From the IMG/VR virus record IMGVR_UViG_3300029478_000005: a stretch of DNA of 43,754 nt; one strand, given 5' to 3'. The stretch's first letter is position 1, and each line of letters opens with the position of its first letter. Position numbers and translations under genes: made by a program. The notes under the pieces were generated by a model. The model had not been told where the DNA came from and searched no databases. It saw nothing but the letters and a program-made list of their open reading frames with translations. The stretch is from a virus. Positions 1-6,855 of this stretch are shown here, in pieces.

Positions 1-89
1 CGCGCCCTGCTCGCCTGTAGCATGTTCGGAGTTTTCCGAGATGGCTTTCTCCATCGTGTACTCAACGGCAGCTTTTACAAGCCCAGCAA
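1..89. repeat. Terminal overlap, identical to 43666-43754 (circular closure)
   Basis: Compared base by base: cgcgccctgctcgcctgtagcatgttcgg...tacaagcccagcaa at both ends. The first 22 nt lie inside the 27-bp tandem repeat. Confidence 0.95.
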
Positions 90-354
90 TGCCGATTTCT
101 GCTTTCACAGCAATCTTTCTGCCGCAGCGCTTGCTATCTTCGTTGCTTTTTTTATCGCTCACATCATCCAAATCCACCTCACAGTAGCGACTCATGTCGC
201 GGGGGACGTAGTATCCAAATACATCCAGCGGGTACTCGCAGGCGTGGAAGCCTTTCTTGCACAGTTCGGCAGTGGGTTCCTCGTAGGTCTTGCCGATTTC
301 ATACTGAAAATCATGGCATTTCAGATCTTTGTCAAAGCCTTTATACATTTTCAT
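1..354 (-). CDS. 5' part (aa 1-118) of a 236-aa repeat protein that crosses the linear break (continues at 43665->43309)
   Basis: ATG at 354-352, open to position 1, in frame with ORF 43309..43719 after removing the 89-bp overlap. Translation MKMYKGFDKDLKCHDFQYEIGKTYEEPTAELCKKGFHACEYPLDVFGYY... is a recurrent Firmicutes-phage N-terminal domain of unknown function (from memory). Confidence 0.8.
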   Translation of the reverse strand, partial: MKMYKGFDKDLKCHDFQYEIGKTYEEPTAELCKKGFHACEYPLDVFGYYVPRDMSRYCEVDLDDVSDKKSNEDSKRCGRKIAVKAEIGIAGLVKAAVEYTMEKAISENSEHATGEQGA

Positions 355-520
355 GAATGTTTTCCTCCTGCTTGAGAATTAGCCCGCACAGGGCGTTGAG
401 CGTCAGCGTAGAGCCGACGATGGCGGGGATGTTGAGAGAACCGAGCGCGGCCAGCAGCAGCACAAGGTCAGCGGTGATTGCCAGCTTGACGGCGGCGCGT
501 TTCAGTGATACAATGTTCAT
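341..520 (-). CDS. Small hydrophobic membrane protein (59 aa)
   Basis: MNIVSLKRAAVKLAITADLVLLLAALGSLNIPAIVGSTL... AAGGA RBS before the ATG at 520. The ORF-track start at 565 looks like an upstream extension. Confidence 0.6.
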   Translation of the reverse strand: MNIVSLKRAAVKLAITADLVLLLAALGSLNIPAIVGSTLTLNALCGLILKQEENIHENV

Positions 521-544
521 GTAATATTTTTCCTTTCTGTTCTT

Positions 545-583
545 GCCGCGTCGGTGCGCCAACACCGATGCGGCGCTTTTTTT
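545..583 (+). terminator. Intrinsic-terminator-like hairpin oriented on + inside the minus-strand early operon
   Basis: 12-bp stem GCCGCGTCGGTG/CACCGATGCGGC (one G-U), 6-nt loop, then GC+T7 on the + strand. Only an A-run precedes it on the minus strand. Confidence 0.45.
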
Positions 584-586
584 GTT

Positions 587-784
587 TCAGCATATAAGGC
601 TTGCGATTTGTTCGCAGGTCATGTTGCGAATGCTGCCATAGTGCATCCAGACCCAGCCGCGGGAGCGGCCAAGAATCTTTGCGACCTTCGAGGGGCCGAA
701 AAGCATCTCGCCGGGGTAGAGCTCGGCAGCGCGGGCACGGACGGTGACAAGGGTGTCACGGTATAGGGGCTTTTCACGGGGCAT
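587..784 (-). CDS. Small basic DNA-binding-like protein (65 aa; Xis/regulator-like)
   Basis: AAGGAG RBS. HTH-like segment SKVAKILGRSRGWVW. Early-operon position. Confidence 0.5.
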   Translation of the reverse strand: MPREKPLYRDTLVTVRARAAELYPGEMLFGPSKVAKILGRSRGWVWMHYGSIRNMTCEQIASLIC

Positions 785-790
785 GGCGGG

Positions 791-1120
791 TTACTCCTTT
801 CTGCTGTAGTTGCTGTTATAGGCGTTTTTGAGGTCGTTGACCGTGTAGCGATTGAACGGCCCGGCAATGCCCAAAGTTGATTTTGCCCAGTTGTAGTTGT
901 ATTCCAAATCTGTTTGGCTTCGTTGGAGTTCCGTTGCCAAATTATTTTGAAGATTTGGATTCAGCTCGTAAAAATCACACAATGAAAAGGGATCAGGTGA
1001 TTCGGCGCGATCTGGATTGTTCAACCGCTTCAAAGCGGACTTTGCTACCACTGCGGCAAGCAGGCTTGACAGGCCGGTAAGCGCGAAGGTCACCGTAAAA
1101 ACGGTTGCGATAGTGGACAT
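791..1120 (-). CDS. N-terminally membrane-anchored early protein carrying a portal-like segment (109 aa)
   Basis: TM helix MSTIATVFTVTFALTGLSSLLAAVV. The ATG lies 3 nt after the cro-like stop. Residues ~52-93 resemble portal residues ~405-447, including the identical run WAKSTLGI. Confidence 0.65.
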   Translation of the reverse strand: MSTIATVFTVTFALTGLSSLLAAVVAKSALKRLNNPDRAESPDPFSLCDFYELNPNLQNNLATELQRSQTDLEYNYNWAKSTLGIAGPFNRYTVNDLKNAYNSNYSRKE

Positions 1121-1123
1121 CGG

Positions 1124-1321
1124 TTACTCTTTTCTTAAAAGTTCGTCTACGGTGCAGTTGTAGAGCTTGGCGAGGGCGGGCAGCTTGCCGATTGCGGGGT
1201 TGGTGACGCCAGTCTCCCAAAAATAAACCGTTGCGTCAGAAACGCCCATTGCGTCCATGACCTGCTTGACCGTGAGGCCAGCTTTCTCGCGCAGGCGCTT
1301 GTACTGCGTGTATTTCTGCAT
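1124..1321 (-). CDS. Cro-like XRE-family HTH regulator (65 aa), first gene of the early operon
   Basis: LREKAGLTVKQVMDAMGVSDATVYFWETG...LAKLYNCTVDELL is a typical XRE HTH. GGAGGTG RBS. Divergent from the CI-like gene. Confidence 0.85.
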   Translation of the reverse strand: MQKYTQYKRLREKAGLTVKQVMDAMGVSDATVYFWETGVTNPAIGKLPALAKLYNCTVDELLRKE

Positions 1322-1349
1322 ATTGTCACCTCCAAATACTAAGTTTCAC

Positions 1350-1378
1350 TTGACAACTTAGTAAAGAAAAGCTATTAT
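1350..1378 (+). promoter_or_regulatory. Sigma70-type promoter for the CI-like gene
   Basis: TTGACA (1350-1355), 17-nt spacer, TATTAT (1373-1378). Confidence 0.6.
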
Positions 1379-1450
1379 TGAATTGCGACAAACAATAATT
1401 TTTTAAGGCTCTCGTCTTATTCGTGGGCTTAGCTTTGCTTTACTAAACTT

Positions 1451-1479
1451 ATTGTACACTAAGTTTAGCTTAATGTCAA
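1451..1479 (-). promoter_or_regulatory. Sigma70-type early promoter for the cro-like operon
   Basis: On the minus strand: TTGACA (1479-1474), 17-nt spacer, TACAAT (1456-1451). Confidence 0.65.
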
Positions 1480-1537
1480 GTTCAACTTAGCGAATTGAGA
1501 CATAGGGCAAAATATGCGCGAAAGGATATATTTTGCT

Positions 1538-1912
1538 ATGGCTTATTTAACAAAAGAGCAATCTGAACGTGCTATGAACATAGCGACAAGAATTGACATG
1601 ATAATTGCAAAAATTGGCATGACAAAAGCAGAATTTGCAGAGAATTCGGGTGTTTCCACTGCCACGTTGTCCCAGTGGAGAAAAGGCACATACTATCCGA
1701 GCAAATCAAAATTGGACAGCGCGGCTAAATGCCTAGACGTGAGTCCAGATTATCTGGAATTTGGGCTTAATGGGATAACAGAAAACCCCACCAGCGTTTC
1801 CGCTGATGGGGTGGATGAACTTGATAATGAGGCGCTGGACATCATTCATCGGTTGCCGCCGGCAAAACGGGCGGCGGGTCTGGCGATGCTGCGAGGGCTT
1901 TTAAATAATTAA
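1538..1912 (+). CDS. CI-like XRE-family repressor (124 aa)
   Basis: HTH MTKAEFAENSGVSTATLSQWRKG...; AAAGGA RBS before ATG 1538 (the ORF track starts at 1514). Followed by the integrase on the same strand. Confidence 0.8.
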   Translation: MAYLTKEQSERAMNIATRIDMIIAKIGMTKAEFAENSGVSTATLSQWRKGTYYPSKSKLDSAAKCLDVSPDYLEFGLNGITENPTSVSADGVDELDNEALDIIHRLPPAKRAAGLAMLRGLLNN

Positions 1913-1979
1913 CATATGCTGCCTTATCTGGCAGTTGGTGAAGCATGGCGATAAATTCCTGATCGCTGATTTCTTGCAT
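1842..1979 (-). CDS. Candidate 45-aa ORF antisense to the 3' end of the CI-like gene
   Basis: Not in the ORF track (<60 aa). AAAGGAGAA RBS 7 nt before ATG 1979. Own promoter upstream. MQEISDQEFIAMLHQLPDKAAYVNYLKALAASPDPPPVLPAATDE. Confidence 0.35.
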   Translation of the reverse strand: MQEISDQEFIAMLHQLPDKAAYVNYLKALAASPDPPPVLPAATDE

Positions 1980-2005
1980 GGTCGTTCTCCTTTTTTTATG
2001 TAGCC

Positions 2006-2049
2006 GTTGTTTATAAAACAACTATATACTACTTACGGTTGTAATGCAA
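2006..2049 (-). promoter_or_regulatory. Minus-strand promoter plus palindromic operator upstream of the 45-aa ORF
   Basis: Minus strand: TTGCAT (2049-2044), 17 nt, TATAGT (2026-2021). Palindrome GTTGTTT-ATA-AAACAAC at 2006-2022 over the predicted start site. Confidence 0.5.
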
Positions 2050-2266
2050 GTAGTAAATTGCACAAAAACGTGCGGGAGCGTTTTACAATCCGGTTTTTGG
2101 GACGCTTCCGGCGGCCATGCTTTGGCGGCAGCTGCGGGCGAATGATAACGGACATTGTGGAAACCTCCCTTATAATGTGGTTTTTATTTACAGTATAGGG
2201 GAGAGCCAGTACGAAAAAGCGCGAAACGGCGCGGGGATTTAGCAGATTGAACAAAGGCGGTGCAGA

Positions 2267-3016
2267 ATGCCCAAACCATTGGTATACTGGCAACTGGATG
2301 TACAGAATGACTACGTGCATACAAGTCCGTCATGCCCTGATATTGTAAATGCAAAAAATGTTAGGTGCGGGACGGTTGAGGACGCACAGAAAACGGGACA
2401 CAATAGAGCCTGTCCATGTTGTGGTGTAGTCGAAAAGTCAAAAAAAGATATGGTTGAAAAATCAACCGCCTATATATGGGTTTTCTTAACCGTTATTATA
2501 ATGGGAAATTTACTCTGGATAGTTGGCACTTCCAGCAATCAAGATAATTACAACAAAGGATATGATGCCGGTTATGATGCAGGATATAAAGATGGGCAAA
2601 AAACTTTAGGTAAACCAGAAGATACGAGCAAGCCAGTTCCAACTATAAAACCGACGCCGATTGCTACACCAAACGGCGCGAAAACTTACGGGAGTTTTAA
2701 AGTAACAGCAACAGCCAATATGATTTATAATAATCACGTTGGCAACGATTGGGAGTATTATTTTGAGGCGGGCGATAAACAATTACCAGCAACGGTAAAT
2801 TGCCGCGTTGGCGATGATGTAACGCTGTATGCAGAAATAACAGAAGATGACAGTGTGCCGGATGTTGGCTTGTGGGACGGATATGTTACAATCGAAGATG
2901 GAGATTTTGAGGACGGATTTACCGTAACAGAAGATGTTTATGTGTATGAAACAAGCGGAAGGTATTCTGGAAATGAAGCAAAGTTTGAAGTAACATGGGA
3001 TTTTGAGCCACAATAA
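2267..3016 (+). CDS. Membrane protein: N-terminal Cys-rich Zn-finger-like domain, one TM helix, extracytoplasmic beta-rich domain (249 aa); lysogeny-module moron
   Basis: HTSPSCPDI...GHNRACPCC motif, TM AYIWVFLTVIIMGNLLWIV, YDAGYDAGY linker. AT-rich relative to its flanks. Sits between repressor and integrase. Confidence 0.6.
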   Translation: MPKPLVYWQLDVQNDYVHTSPSCPDIVNAKNVRCGTVEDAQKTGHNRACPCCGVVEKSKKDMVEKSTAYIWVFLTVIIMGNLLWIVGTSSNQDNYNKGYDAGYDAGYKDGQKTLGKPEDTSKPVPTIKPTPIATPNGAKTYGSFKVTATANMIYNNHVGNDWEYYFEAGDKQLPATVNCRVGDDVTLYAEITEDDSVPDVGLWDGYVTIEDGDFEDGFTVTEDVYVYETSGRYSGNEAKFEVTWDFEPQ

Positions 3017-3114
3017 AAAAGCCCCTGCCGGTGGGTCGAGCACCGACAAGGGCAAAGGGTGTCAGCTTTTGGCTGGCATCTTTTAGTATATAGCGATTTT
3101 AGGAGGGTGTCAAC

Positions 3115-4230
3115 ATGGCAAGAGCAAAAGCGCGGGCTGATGGGCTGATTGAACGAACAAAAACCTATGACGGCAAGCGGGTACACTTTTACGGAAAGAC
3201 CGCGAAAGAGGTCGCCGCGAAGATTGACGAATACGAACGCCAGCGGGAAGCGGTGAAAGAGAACGGCCCGCTGTTTGAGGATGTGGCCGGTGAATGGTGG
3301 GAGACCCATTCAAAAAATATCAAGACCGGCGCGGAAAGAGCCTACAAGGGCAGCTACAAGGCCGCGCTGGAAGAGTTCAGCGGGTACAGAATGAAAGAGA
3401 TAACCCCTGCTGCGGTGTCGCTGTGGGGCGAGAAATTCAAGGCCGCAGGCTATGCAGGGAAGACGGCAAGCAACGCCCGGAGCGTGTTGTCTTGTGTATT
3501 CAAGTTTTGGTGCGTCCGGGATGGCGAAACATACAACCCGGTGACAGTTACCGATCTGCCGCGCGGCATGAAAAAAGCAGAGCGCGAACCGCCGACAGAG
3601 GAACAGCTACAAATCGTCAAGGCACACCCGGAGGGGTTCGGGCTGTGTGCCTGGCTGTTCATGTACACCGGCTGCCGACTGGGTGAGGTGCTGGCGCTGC
3701 AATGGCGGGATGTGGATTTTGAAAAAAACAGAATCAGCATATCCAAAGAAGTGGCGTGGATAAACAATCAGCCGGTTGTGCAAGCGCCAAAAACCGCAAA
3801 CGGAGTGCGCGCTGTGCCGCTGCTGTCGCCGCTGCGGGGCGTGCTAGAGCCGTTACGCGGGGCAGATAGTGAGTATATACTCGGAGGGGAAAGGCCGCTG
3901 ACAGGCTGCGCATACAAGCGCAGATGGGCATATTACTGCAAGGATGTGGGCATGGCGCACTATGTGCTGCACACACGAAGAAATAAGCACAGAGACAAAG
4001 AGTACACAACGACGATTAAGGACTGGATTGCCGACGTAACGGCGCACCAGTTCCGGCACGAGTACGCCTCGATGCTGTATGAAGCAGGAATAGGCGAGCT
4101 GGAAGCACAACGCCTTATGGGGCACGCTGACATTACGACGACACGGCGGGTATATACACACATACGGGAACGCCAGCTAGATACAGCAGGAGAGGCACTA
4201 GAAAAATTTATAAGCGATAAAACGATATAA
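3115..4230 (+). CDS. int: Tyrosine recombinase / phage integrase (371 aa)
   Basis: C-terminal catalytic signature TAHQFRHEYAS...LMGHADITTTRRVYTH (R..H-x-x-R..H..Y). AGGAGGG RBS. Adjacent attP. Confidence 0.92.
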   Translation: MARAKARADGLIERTKTYDGKRVHFYGKTAKEVAAKIDEYERQREAVKENGPLFEDVAGEWWETHSKNIKTGAERAYKGSYKAALEEFSGYRMKEITPAAVSLWGEKFKAAGYAGKTASNARSVLSCVFKFWCVRDGETYNPVTVTDLPRGMKKAEREPPTEEQLQIVKAHPEGFGLCAWLFMYTGCRLGEVLALQWRDVDFEKNRISISKEVAWINNQPVVQAPKTANGVRAVPLLSPLRGVLEPLRGADSEYILGGERPLTGCAYKRRWAYYCKDVGMAHYVLHTRRNKHRDKEYTTTIKDWIADVTAHQFRHEYASMLYEAGIGELEAQRLMGHADITTTRRVYTHIRERQLDTAGEALEKFISDKTI

Positions 4231-4234
4231 TTGA

Positions 4235-4268
4235 AGCCCGGTTGCATGGTGCAATCGGGCTGCTTTTT
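4235..4268 (+). terminator. Intrinsic terminator after int
   Basis: 12-bp stem AGCCCGGTTGCA/TGCAATCGGGCT (one G-U), then GCTTTTT. Confidence 0.75.
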
Positions 4269-4323
4269 ACGACACTTTTACGACATCTTGAAAAAATAAA
4301 AGCGTTTACGACGGTTTTACGAC
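4265..4323 (+). repeat. attP arm-type direct repeats, TTT(T)ACGAC x4
   Basis: Copies at 4265, 4276, 4305 and 4315, between int and the core. Confidence 0.7.
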
Positions 4324-4369
4324 GCGAAAAACAACATGCTTGAACGTGTAGAGACATTGCAAAACGTAG

Positions 4370-4414
4370 AAAAAGAGCGTATCTACGTTCATGACTCGTA
4401 GATACGCTCTTTTT
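4370..4414. terminator. Bidirectional intrinsic terminator
   Basis: Perfect 14-bp stem AGAGCGTATCTACG/CGTAGATACGCTCT flanked by AAAA (4370-4373) and TTTT (4411-4414). Confidence 0.75.
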
Positions 4415-4418
4415 GGAA

Positions 4419-4446
4419 TGGTGCGGCTAACAGGACTTGAACCTGT
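4419..4446 (-). other. attP core: 3' end of a tRNA gene (T-arm + acceptor 3' strand + CCA)
   Basis: Minus strand reads ACAGGTTCAAGTCCTGTTAGCCGCACCA: T stem-loop ACAGG-TTCAAGT-CCTGT, then TAGCCGC-A-CCA. It lies next to int and between the arm repeats. Confidence 0.75.
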
Positions 4447-4771
4447 TTATATGTTCGATGTATCGTTGATAATGCGGTTTTATACGACACAAATACGACG
4501 CTTGGTCGGGGTCGCGGTCATCGTTGTCGATGGCGAGCTGCAAACGCTGCGTAAAGCTGTCGGCGAAGTGCTGGGCGGCGTAGTCGAAAATGTCTGCCGG
4601 GTCTTGATGGAAGGCCCACGAAACATCAATACCGCCGTTGGCATTGTCGCAGGATTCCTGCCAGCCGTGGCCGTTTGTGGTGATGTAGGGCTTGCGGGGG
4701 TCAAGCTCTGACCAGTTGGCAGAACAGCGGGCAAAATCGTTGCAGTCGTTGAGATAGGCGTAGTAAGTCAT
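4427..4771 (-). CDS. Acidic protein of unknown function (114 aa); last gene of the accessory operon
   Basis: Strong AGGAGG RBS. MTYYAYLNDCNDFARCSANWSELD...AIDNDDRDPDQ. The last 6 codons and the stop lie inside the tRNA-identical attP core. Confidence 0.65.
   Translation of the reverse strand: MTYYAYLNDCNDFARCSANWSELDPRKPYITTNGHGWQESCDNANGGIDVSWAFHQDPADIFDYAAQHFADSFTQRLQLAIDNDDRDPDQASYLCRIKPHYQRYIEHINRFKSC
4482..4498 (+). repeat. attP arm-type repeats on the other side of the core (ATACGAC x2)
   Basis: ATACGAC at 4482 and 4492. Related to the TTTACGAC repeats. Confidence 0.5.
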
Positions 4772-4827
4772 GTTTTAAACCTCCTATTTTTAATATATTT
4801 TTATTGCAGCACGGTGCGGGCCGCTAT

Positions 4828-5010
4828 TCAATCATAGATTTCATTAAACCAGAGAGAGCCGAAGCGGTAGGAAATCACGTAGGACGGATGCAGGCGAGCG
4901 CTGTCGGAGGTTGAGACTAGGCGGGCGCTCAACATGGTGGTACGGCATCCGGCTGCAAAGGATGCCGTCAGGGCGGCGGCGATGATGGCGGCGAAAATTG
5001 CTTTCTTCAT
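4828..5010 (-). CDS. Small lipoprotein (60 aa precursor)
   Basis: Signal peptide with lipobox MKKAIFAAIIAAALTASFAAG|C. GGGAGG RBS before ATG 5010 (the ORF-track start at 5034 is upstream). Confidence 0.7.
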   Translation of the reverse strand: MKKAIFAAIIAAALTASFAAGCRTTMLSARLVSTSDSARLHPSYVISYRFGSLWFNEIYD

Positions 5011-5012
5011 GG

Positions 5013-5420
5013 TTAAGCCTCCCCAGCTGTCCACGCGGCAGCCAGTGCCCGGCGGAGCACCGGCGATGAGTTCACGGTATCAGCATCAAGAGCGAGAGCG
5101 GCGAGGGCTTCGCCGACGCTGCCGGTATAGTGGCACTCGTGATTAGCAATCTCTGTTTGGAATGCGTCAACGGCAAAATCGTAATCATTGATAGCTGCGG
5201 AAAGTTCTGCATCAAATCGGGAGAACATCTCAGACAGCTTCTTGGAATCGTTGCATCGGTAGTACATGCCGCCAAATCCGTGATAGATGGCGCTTGTGTC
5301 GTCCGGGGAAAGCCCAAGGCGGCGCATGCCGTCATCAAATTGCTTATTGCTGAAAGCAAAAAAGCACGGAAAAGCGTTAAGCTCGGACTGCTGGCGATTT
5401 TTTAACTCGGTGTAGGTCAT
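5013..5420 (-). CDS. Hypothetical protein (135 aa), family recalled from conjugative-element leading regions
   Basis: GAGGAG RBS before ATG 5420. MTYTELKNRQQSELNAFPCFFAFSNKQFDDGMRRLGL... The 371-aa ORF-track version is a Pro/Arg-rich upstream extension. Confidence 0.6.
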   Translation of the reverse strand: MTYTELKNRQQSELNAFPCFFAFSNKQFDDGMRRLGLSPDDTSAIYHGFGGMYYRCNDSKKLSEMFSRFDAELSAAINDYDFAVDAFQTEIANHECHYTGSVGEALAALALDADTVNSSPVLRRALAAAWTAGEA

Positions 5421-5718
5421 TGTTGCAATCTCCTCTTTATATTTTGGAATATGGGACGGGGCCTGTTTTTGTGGTGATAAACCGAACGGGAACTGTACCG
5501 AACACGTCCGGCGGCGGGTACAATCTGTTTTGCGGGGAGGTGTACCGGCTCCCGCTGGACTTATGCCAGCGCCCCGGCGGGCTGGCTGCCATTGTTGGCG
5601 ATGGGTGCGCGTTGTAAATTTGTGCCGTGCTTGCTGTTGTGTTGGTACCCAAGCCCGCCCACTCCTTGCAGGGTGGCCGGGCTTGCACCGGCGGCGCGTT
5701 ATGCGTCTGCCTTGCGGG

Positions 5719-6162
5719 TCAATCAAGGCAAGTTTCGCGCTTGATTTTGTACTGCGCTTTGATCTTGTCATAGGCGCGGAGCGTGACCATGTAGGTGCCC
5801 TGTTCTGCGTCGTAGGTAATGCCGCGCCCGTGGAGCGGGGGCAGTCCGTCACGCAGGGGGCGCAGAAAGTAGTGCTTGCCATAGTAGGCAAGATCGGCGG
5901 CGTAGTCGCAGCCCGTGGGGGCCTGCTGCATTTCGTAGCAGTAGGAATACTCGCCGGGGGCGGTGGCCTGCACGGCGGGGGTCTTGGCAGCCTCCAATGC
6001 GTCATAATCGGGGGCGTAGCCGTAAACCTCGCCGGTGCTGGGGTCATAGCGGGAAACGGAAAAATCCGGGATGAAAAGCGCCGTGTTTGTGCCGATCTGC
6101 TGGGAGTAGCCACCGGGAACCGGGGCAAAGGTGCCGGGAATTTTGCGTTCTGTTGCTGCCAT
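5719..6162 (-). CDS. Hypothetical protein (147 aa)
   Basis: AGGAGG RBS. No recognisable motif. Confidence 0.6.
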   Translation of the reverse strand: MAATERKIPGTFAPVPGGYSQQIGTNTALFIPDFSVSRYDPSTGEVYGYAPDYDALEAAKTPAVQATAPGEYSYCYEMQQAPTGCDYAADLAYYGKHYFLRPLRDGLPPLHGRGITYDAEQGTYMVTLRAYDKIKAQYKIKRETCLD

Positions 6163-6239
6163 TGTGAAAGCCTCCTGTTTTGTTGTGGTTGTTTCCGGGT
6201 ATGGGATAGGGTCGCTTTACTGTGCGGCCCTGCAAGGTA

Positions 6240-6773
6240 TCAGGCGGGGATTGTTTCGCGGCTGCGGGTCTGGTAGCTGGTGCCGTTGTACTTCTGGTAG
6301 ATCTCTTCATAAGAGGCGCGGCGGTTGCGGCGGCTGCTGTCGCCTACCGGGTGCCAGTAGTACTTGCTGCGATTCTTACTCCAACGGAACCCGAGAGCCT
6401 CGAGCTGCTTATTATAACGGTGGTTGCAGTCTGCCCAAATCCAAGAACCCACAACATCAAATTGCAGGCCGGGCATCTTTGCCAGCTCGGCGGCCATCTT
6501 GGCGGCCTCTGCATCTTGCGCGGCCTTGGCGGCATTCTCTGCCGCTCTGGTCTGCTCGTACTGCTGGCGGCCTTGCTTGGCCTGCTCACTGCAGAAGCGG
6601 GGCAGCGTGGGCTTCAGCTCGTCCCACTCGGCGTTGATCTCCTGCATGTCGGAGACGCTGCCGCCGTGGTCGGGGTGGTGCTTGCTGGCAAGGTCTCTAT
6701 ACATTGCGGTGCCTTCGGTGATGGTGCAGGGGCGGGGGTTGAACCATTTGTAAGTTTTATATGTGGTAGTCAT
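6240..6773 (-). CDS. J-domain (DnaJ-like, HPD motif) protein with C-terminal WIW...GFRWSK domain (177 aa)
   Basis: YRDLASKHHPDHGGSVSDMQEINAEW contains the HPD tripeptide of J domains. AGGAGG RBS. First gene after the consensus promoter. Confidence 0.7.
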   Translation of the reverse strand: MTTTYKTYKWFNPRPCTITEGTAMYRDLASKHHPDHGGSVSDMQEINAEWDELKPTLPRFCSEQAKQGRQQYEQTRAAENAAKAAQDAEAAKMAAELAKMPGLQFDVVGSWIWADCNHRYNKQLEALGFRWSKNRSKYYWHPVGDSSRRNRRASYEEIYQKYNGTSYQTRSRETIPA

Positions 6774-6826
6774 GTTGTTTCCTCCTGTGGGGCCGCTGGG
6801 CGGCTGTTCTTTGTTTCGATGGCTTT

Positions 6827-6855
6827 ATTATACATGATTCATGCAATGCTGTCAA
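6827..6855 (-). promoter_or_regulatory. Perfect consensus sigma70 promoter for the minus-strand accessory operon
   Basis: Minus strand: TTGACA (6855-6850), 17 nt, TATAAT (6832-6827). Confidence 0.75.

Larger units (their letters stand above)
1338..1491. promoter_or_regulatory. Operator set of the lysis/lysogeny switch
   Basis: ACTAAGTT-N9-AACTTAGT (1338-1362); CTAAACTT-N10-AAGTTTAG (1443-1468); ACTAAGTTT repeated at 1338 and 1458; AACTTAGC at 1484-1491. All overlap the two promoters. Confidence 0.7.

Noticed and set aside
22-375. 117-aa + strand ORF at the window start
   Set aside because: It is antisense to the 5' part of the wrap-around repeat-protein gene, which has a recognisable conserved N-terminal domain. 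It has no RBS.
5013-6128. 371-aa version of the ORF ending at 5013
   Set aside because: The N-terminal 236 aa are Pro/Arg/Thr-rich junk that overlaps the real gene 5719-6162 in another frame. A GAGGAG RBS and ATG at 5420 give a sensible 135-aa protein.
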